Shown here in pieces: positions 45,440-52,826 of a stretch of DNA of 52,826 bases. Within the stretch, counting starts at the first letter, position 1; each line of letters opens with the position of its first letter. Made by a program: the position numbers and the translations under genes. Under the pieces are notes generated by a model. That model had not been told where the DNA came from and did not search any database. It saw only the letters and a program-made list of their open reading frames with translations. Source of the DNA: Octopus bimaculoides (taxonomy: Eukaryota); NCBI RefSeq assembly GCF_001194135.2, contig NC_068985.1, positions 126,860,557 through 126,913,382 of the forward strand, read 5' to 3'.

Positions 45440-47180
45440 ATATAACAACAACCACAGTCACCCTCTCACTACTAGAACAATTGATGACCTATTAAACTCC
45501 AGCATCAAAAGCCCTTTACAGTGTAGCTATCCACCTCCTCATTTCCTCGTGTTCTACTTCACTTACCACAACTAAACGATAGCAACAACAAAATCAGCAT
45601 TGGAAATCACTCATCAGTACTAGGACAATTGATGACCTATTAAACAACAGTCTCTAGCTCTTCTCCACAATCAGACCACTGAAATTCTGCTCAATAACAC
45701 AAGAGATCCATCATCTCTAATGTCATCCTAATCTACTCTACTACCATTACCACTACTACTACTCCAATTAGTGAAGAATCACTCCTTTCTTCCCCCACTG
45801 TACACTTCAATCTGACTGTACACCTGCCAGTTCCACAATAAATCTGCCAACTGTAAAAGAAAATTATGAACACACAAAACTCCAAAATATGCTGCTATTC
45901 TCACCATGAGAGATTATGCACACGTACTGACTGTAACTACACCCATTTACCTGAGACAAGATGTACAATTCGTACAAGCAATACCACCCAACGTCAAAAT
46001 ACACAATTTACAACACCACCACCACTAAATCACACTTAATAGCTTCTACACATGTAACCTGGAAACCTAAAATTTGTTGCTATCCCCAACCCAAAAGATT
46101 AAATCTGAGTGTGACTGTCCCTTCACTCATCTTCCAGGGACTTGATGCACTAGTAAAAGCATGAAACCAAACCACCTCCAAATCCACAGTAGAAACATTC
46201 CTTACAGTGGCAGTGTTGGTTCAGGCTTTCATCGAAAAGCAGAAATCACTCAGATATCTACTGGGTACAATAGTAAAATTAGCAGCTGAAAACCATATAA
46301 CTAGAACTCTATTCAACAGTGCAATCATACCAACTCCAGACAACAAACCTTCCCAGAACAAAAAAATTATTTTTTAGCAATGATGAATCTGGCAAAATAA
46401 AAAGAAACTTCTCGCTCTCATACAGCCCCAGCCAATGCTACTACCTCAGTGCACAACCACACATTGCTGCAATTAATCCACAATCTCAACTCAATAATAA
46501 TGTCAAATGTACAAGCTCTTTCACACTTCACAAATCAAACAACAGTACCATATCTTAGAGATCTTGTACAGTGAGAAAAGACAATATGTGCAGCACTAAG
46601 CAAAATGCACCCAGACATATTGGATGTGGAAGTAGATATGTCAGGTGATGTACTACTCAGAAGTGACAACAGAATACAAAAGCAAGGAGAAATAGTAATC
46701 TTCATCCAAGAAGACTCGGCAACAAATGTCCTCCTCTCCCACTCCAACACAGTGTGCGATACACTAATAATGCATGTAATTGACCTCAAGTTGATCATAA
46801 GCATTACCTACTGTCTTTCTGATGCAGCTAACCATGGAGATCACTTTAAAGATGCTTTGTCACTCATAAGTCAAACCCCAAATGAGCCTAGCCCTCAGGT
46901 CAATATGCTTTTATCAGGGGACTTTAATTTCCCTAGTCTCAGCTGGCCAAAGGGCTATATGCAACCTGAAACTAAACAACTGAACAGGAGAGATATGAGT
47001 GCTCTTCTCGATACCACTAAAGACTTCTTCATGCAACAAATCATTACCCGTCCAACTAAGGGAGATAACATACTCAACCGAGCCTTTACCACCAATACAG
47101 ACTTCATTCACAATGTTCAGATCATTCCCACAGCTATTTCCTACCACAACATTCTTCTCCTGTCTCCTTCTCATTCCTAG
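45440..47180 (+). mobile_element. 5' portion of a CR1/Jockey-like LINE: ORF1 remnant with CCCH finger plus APE endonuclease
   Basis: CYSHHERLCTRTDCNYTH (C-x7-C-x4-C-x3-H, 45893-45946). ORF 46605-47180 has LSGDFNFPSLSW, RPTKGDNILNRAF and ISYHN, equivalent to the GDFN, RxxxxLD and SDH motifs of AP endonucleases. No RT domain follows. Confidence 0.8.
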
Positions 47181-48341
47181 TCCTCTATCATTCATCTCTC
47201 CACCACTTGTGCTGATCACACTATTTACTTTTCTTCATTCTAATCTCAACCCCACCCCTTTATTAGCTCCACATTTGAGAGGCTGCACTGGATAGCCCTT
47301 TTCTACTTACCCATTACACACTAGCTTCATTATCCTGCTGTACTACCAGCCAGCACTCTCTGTCTTCTGGGCTAACTCTATTGCCACCTAACATTTACTC
47401 TCACCTTAACTTTTGTCCACAACTATTTTCAGTTACACTGCTCTCAGTTTCATCCCCACCCCCACCCCAAATCCCTTCTTTTCCCCCATTCACCCTCCCA
47501 GTCATTCTGGTCCTCCTGTTATTGCTTCCTCTCCTGTACCCATTCTTGGTCACCTGAGCAAGTGTACACATGCTGTTATGGATTACTCTCTACATTTATA
47601 CTCTTATTCTCCCTCTTAACAATCCATTTCTAGCCTTTCTTCTATCATTGTTCCCTCCCCTATTCCCTATCCTTAGATTTCTGAGAAGTCTCTACATGTA
47701 CAAGGCACCCCCCCCCTCCTGGGCTGCTGCTATGACAGAACCCACTGTGCTCCTTCCCTAGGTGAATGATGAGGAGACTACTTCCCTAGTGCTGCTACCA
47801 TGAAAAGGCACCCATTACACACAGTAAAATGATTGGCAAATAAGCAGAGGAATTGTAGGATTGCGAGGTCCCTTTAATTCCTGTTTTACCATAAAAAATT
47901 TCAAGATTTTCTTGGCTGTTATTTCTAGCATGTCGAAAGACCTAGGCTTAACTTCATGTGGTGGTTGAAAATCCTCTAAAAAAATTCTGGGGTCGATACA
48001 ATCGACTAAAAATTCTTCAAGGTGGTGCCCTAGCATGGCTGCAATCTAATGACTGCAACAAGTAAAGAGAAAAGCAAAAATGAATTATATCACAGAAGTG
48101 GTTTGGTATCAAGCTTAAAATAAAATTCTGAGTTCCATACAGCCATCTAAAAATTCTTCAAGGTGGTGCTCCAGCATGGCTGGCCGCAGTCTAATAACTG
48201 CAACAAGTAAAAAAATTATGGGGTCGATACATTCAACTAAAAATTCTAAAAACGAAAAAATAACCGAAAATTATAACCGAGGGGCTTTCATCCTAGGAGG
48301 CTTTTGTCCAAGGGGCTTTTGTCCGGATCCTGTTCTCGGCA

Positions 48342-48841
48342 TGCCTGCATAAGTGTGCACCACCCTGAATTTGTTTTCTCATAACTTATAGAAATGGATA
48401 TTTTTAAATGAAATTTCAGTAAATACCTTCCAAATGGTTCAGATTTTGATTATATCGGAATTTAATGTGACATGCTTGCATTACATATATATCTGCAAGA
48501 AAAAAAAAAAAAAACTTGAAATTTTAAAAACAGTTATGTGATGCTTTTACTTTAAATTCCAATATAATCGTGATCTATGCCATTTGAAATGTATTTGTAG
48601 AAAAATTCATTAAATAATACTATCTTTCCTAAAGTTATGAAACAAAGTCAAATCATATGAATTATCCAGAACTCCTCTCTCTCCACTTTCAAACAATTTT
48701 TTTCACAGCAAACTCTGATATAATCGGAATCTACACCATCTGAAAGATATTTGTTAGAAATGTCTTTAAAAAATATCCCTTTTACTGAAAGTTACGAAAC
48801 AAAGAACAAAGTTGTGATGGGGGTGCACATTTGTGTAGGTA
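48342..48841. mobile_element. About 500-bp non-autonomous DNA element with long (about 120 bp) imperfect terminal inverted repeats
   Basis: Left CCTGCATAAGTGTGCACC...GGATATTTTTAAATGAAATTTC...GATTATATCGG aligns with the reverse complement of 48712-48841; superfamily not identified. Confidence 0.65.
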
Positions 48842-49449
48842 TCTTCCATTCTTTTAACCTTCACAGCCTAAGCATTAATAAATATTCATTCAAATCATAG
48901 AAAATCATATTAAAAATTAATATTATATACATGCATGTGTGTGGCAAGTCCTATAAAGACGTAAATTTTCAATTAATATAACTGCTACACGATTTTCGGA
49001 AACTGTGAAGGTAACACTTTGCATTTCCCTTTCCTTAAAATATAGGTCCTTTGCCTCTTGCAATATATGTGTGCACCACACTTCTGTACATGTATGTGTG
49101 TGTGTGTGAGGTACAGTTTTTCATTTACGTATGCTAGGTTAAACAAATAACACATTTGGAAACAAACAGCTAGTTTGATTTCTGCATGGTACAGATTTAT
49201 AAATGTTCCATATTAGTGGAAAAAGAAGGACAAATGAGATTTTGGCGATGATTAAGTTATCTTCAAAATATGGATGTTATCTGAAAATAGCTTTGTGTGG
49301 TTGAAAGCCCGATTGCCTATTTTTAGAGCCTAAGAAGTGTAGAAGTGTGTTGATATAATCACTCCATATATTAATCAGCCATATAAGACATGTTATAGAA
49401 TGCAAAAATTTTATCACTCTAAGAGACTTTCCAAACTTATTCACATGCA

Positions 49450-49559
49450 CAGTAGTACCTCGGTTTTTGAACAACTCTGATCACAAATAAATCGTGCTTT
49501 ATATATATATAACATGATTTATTTGTGATCAGAGGTGTTCATAAACCGAGGTACTACTG
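49450..49559. mobile_element. 110-bp fold-back MITE, pogo/Tigger-like termini
   Basis: 47-bp arms (44/47 match) starting CAGTAGTACCTCGG; 16-nt spacer with (TA)n; TA on the right flank and CA on the left. Confidence 0.8.
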
Positions 49560-50233
49560 TACAAATGTGTGTGTATGTGCACGCACACATACACACCACA
49601 CACACACAAGCATATATGAACTCAGGTACTGGGGTATGTCTGAAAAGCAATCAGTCACGTTTTCTCTTCTTTGTATTTCTATATTTTAGAAATAATGTGT
49701 AAACATTCTTGAGAAAAGCAGAACATTTTGAAGAAAAAGTGTAAGACATGGATAGGTGAAAGAATAGATCAATAAATTACATGTGTCTTTGTGAGTGAAC
49801 GAGATTATTGATTCTAAAACGTTTGGTAAATGAAGGGAGAAAAGCAATGAAGTGAAGGGCAAAGTAAATATATTGTTTGATAAAGGAGACAAGTATTATT
49901 GACTGATAAGAAATAGGATGACTAACACACACGCATGCATACATATATATATAATACACACAAGCACATGTATATAGCTTTTAAGCGACTGGCCCTGAAT
50001 AGGAAGATCTGCAAACAGATCTCTGGCTTGTTTTGGAGAATTTGTTGCAATTGCTTCCTCCAGAGTCATATCCCAATGGTGATCAGATTCATCGCAAAAA
50101 AAATCGATGGAAACAATCACAGTAATGAAAACAGAGGAATCCAAAATTTCAGGATTGCAGGTCTGGATTCAATCCAGAATGTTTTTAATTTACTCATGGA
50201 GTTAGCCTTTAGATTATAAAAATAGTTATCATA

Positions 50234-51578
50234 TTAGGTCGTCAAGTATGAAATTTAGTAAGGTATATGGTAAACTTTGACAGCTATTCATTCTGTGCCA
50301 TTATTATATTTTGACAATCTTTATTTTTTTTTGTTAGAAAACTGACACATCTATTTCTTTATTCTAATTCATTTTACGCTTTATTAAGTATTTATAAATC
50401 ATTTTTTGCTATTTTTGTTTACAGATGGATAAGTTGGAAATTCTTACAGTTTTGAAATATGAGTTCTTTCTTGGAAACAGAGCATCACAAACAGCTCAGA
50501 ATATTAATGGAGTATTTCATTCTAATGTTATTACACAGTAGACAGTATCAAATTGGTTTGCAAAATTTTGTTCTGGTAACTTTCACCTCACAAATGAGCA
50601 ACATGATCGACCAGAAACAAAGGTGGATAATGACGAACTAAAAAAGCCACCGTCGAGTCAGATCCATCTCAAAGTGCCTCTGAATTATTGTTGTTGTTTG
50701 GTGTTAGCAAGCAAACAATATTGACTCACCTACTTCAAATCAGTAAAATGAAAAAGTTGGATAAGTGGGTTCGACATGAACTCAATGGAAATCAGAAACA
50801 GCAACGTTTGGAAGCCTGCCTTATGCTACTTTCTCGTCACAAAAATGAATCATTTTTTAATCGAATTGTAACGTGATGAGAAATGGATCCAATAGAGCAA
50901 CCATAAACGTTCAGCACAATGGTTGGATGAAGACTAGCCACCAAAACACAGTCCAAAAAGCAAAATTCATCAAAAGAAGCTGATGGTGTGTGTTTGGTGG
51001 TCTGGTGCAGGTGTGATCCATTATGATTTCATTAAACCTGGCTCATCAATCACGGCCGAAGTATACTGCAGCCGACTGGACCAAATGAAGCAGAAACTTA
51101 CAACAAAAAAACAGCCTAGATTAGTCAAGAGATCCCCTCCTATTTTATTGCAAGACAACGCCAGACCACACATCGCCAAAAGGACATTGGCGAAACTACT
51201 GGTGTTGGAGTTGGAAATNNNNNNNNNNNNNNNNNNNNNNNNNNNNNNNNNNNNNNNNNNNNNNNNNNNNNNNNNNNNNNNNNNNNNNNNNNNNNNNNNN
51301 NNNNNNNNNNNNNNNNTGACTACCATTTCTTCTAGAATTTGGATAACTTTTGGATAGGAAAAAAATTTTATTCCGACGATACTGTAAAATAGGCCTTGCA
51401 AGATTTCATTGACTTGAGATTGCCAGGTTTTTACAGTTTCAGGCTGGACAAGCTACCGCTGAAATGGCAAAAGTTTATTGACAATATGGGTACATACTTT
51501 GATGAATAAAACTATTCCTTGTATTTATAAAACATTAGAAAACTTTTTCCTTTTCTACAAATTTCATACTTGACGGCC
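50234..51578 (+). mobile_element. Mariner (cecropia/Hsmar1-like) transposon, defective, right TIR truncated
   Basis: Left TIR TTAGGTCGTCAAGTATGAAATT after TA; right AATTTCATACTTGACGGCC. Transposase 50425-51509: KKLDKWVRHEL, RIVT*DEKWI, KKLMVCVWW, LLQDNARPH, DYHFF; stops and frameshifts. Confidence 0.92.
51219..51316. other. Assembly gap
   Basis: Run of N inside the mariner. Confidence 1.
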
Positions 51579-51870
51579 AGAAACAAAAGTGGATAATGAC
51601 AAACTAAAAAAGCCACCGTCGAGTCAGATCCAACTCAAAGTCGCAAAAAGTCACATAAAAAAAATCGCTGAAAATAATCACAGTAACGAAAACTTGAGAA
51701 TCCAAAATTTCAAGATTGTGTGTCCAGATTTGGCCTGGAATGTTTTTAATTTACACACGGAGTCAGCCTCATTCCAAAATGATATATGTTCGGCTACGGC
51801 CACTAGGAGTAAAGTTGAAAAAGTGTGGCACACTGACATTCACATTTATTATATCATATATTATTATATT

Positions 51871-52090
51871 AAGGCAGCGAGCTAGCAGAATTGTTAGAAC
51901 GCTGGACGAAATGCTTAGCTGTATTCGTCTGCCATTAGGTTTTAAGTTTGAATTCCGCCGAGGTCAACTTTGCCTTTCATCATTTCGGGGTTGATAAAAT
52001 TAGTACCAGTTACGTACTGGCGTCAATGTAATTGACTTAATCCCTTCCCCCAATATTTGAGGCCTTGTCCTTCCAGTAGAAAGGATTTAT
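51871..52090 (+). mobile_element. Full-length SINE (AAGGCAGCGAGCTAGCAGAA head)
   Basis: Matches 16490-16702 and 4241-4453; ends AGTAGAAAGGATTTATT. Confidence 0.82.
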
Positions 52091-52453
52091 TAAAGTTGAA
52101 AATTGTGACACACTGACATTCATATTTACTATATTAGATATATTTAATTTTGAGGAAACTTTATTTCAATTAAAGTGTATTATATATATATATATATATG
52201 TGTGTGTATGTGTATGTATGTATATATAAGTGTGTGTGTGTATGTATTAAATCAAACAAAAATGATAGGGTTTAGTATGTTGACGACAAGAATTTCTGTC
52301 AAAGAGACATGGTTAAACAAAGTTGTACATCACCACCCTCTTTCTCTCACATACCCACTCTTTCTCTCTCTTTTATTATTACTCCCGCTGCCACCATAAA
52401 CACCACTACTTTTAATAAAACATCATCAACTCTCACTAAATTTCTTTGTCTCT

Positions 52454-52489
<36 letters not shown>

Positions 52490-52826
52490 TTGCCACCGCC
52501 CTCACCGTCTCTGTGCCTCCTATTATTCTCACGCTATCATAAGGAATAGTAGGAGTGTCATTGAATAGAAAAATAAAGAGAGAGCAAGAAGATACAGATG
52601 AGAAAAGTAAGCTGGTTGAGGGCAACAATTGAGTAGCTATAGATAAGAAAAATAGAGAGAAGGGGAAAAGAAGCGAATTAATGTTTGCTTTATGTGAAAG
52701 TGTATGATCAACAGAGAGAGAGAGATATATATATAGAGAGAGAAAGGAATGCGGAGTCGGAGAGAGACACATACAAATGCATGCACACAAACGCATACAT
52801 ACGAACGCTCACACAAATACACTATA

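Noticed and set aside
1-52826. CRISPR array, rRNA, or prokaryote-type defence/operon system
   Set aside because: No regularly spaced repeat-spacer array, no rRNA-like sequence and no gene cluster; the window is eukaryotic repeat-rich DNA.

Overview
AT-rich, microsatellite- and repeat-dense animal genomic DNA with four assembly gaps. It is most likely an octopus (coleoid cephalopod); this is inferred from the tRNA-derived SINE families, RTE/CR1 LINE remnants and microsatellite load, not from a database search. Only one convincing cellular gene is present: an uninterrupted (intronless) 795-codon RBM25 splicing-factor CDS on the minus strand (38031-40418), with a CpG-retaining promoter-like region to its right. 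The rest is transposon debris: three near full-length Tc1/mariner-superfamily elements with TIRs (a maT-like element, a DD41D rosa-type element and a cecropia-type mariner), an internally deleted mariner, hAT-, piggyBac- and pogo-like MITEs, RTE, CR1-like and Penelope-like fragments, and many SINEs. Best leads: (1) intronless RBM25 with a canonical U1 5' splice site 72 nt upstream of its ATG, which could splice out the whole CDS; (2) a minimal, dimer-type hammerhead ribozyme relic in a Penelope-like fragment; (3) repeated use of one SINE family's internal microsatellite as a landing pad for other elements; (4) several fold-back structures, one exactly at a LINE 5'-truncation junction. None of these is proven from sequence alone. 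No CRISPR, rRNA or true tRNA genes were seen. Most repeat boundaries are approximate; TIR, TSD and hairpin coordinates were counted directly.
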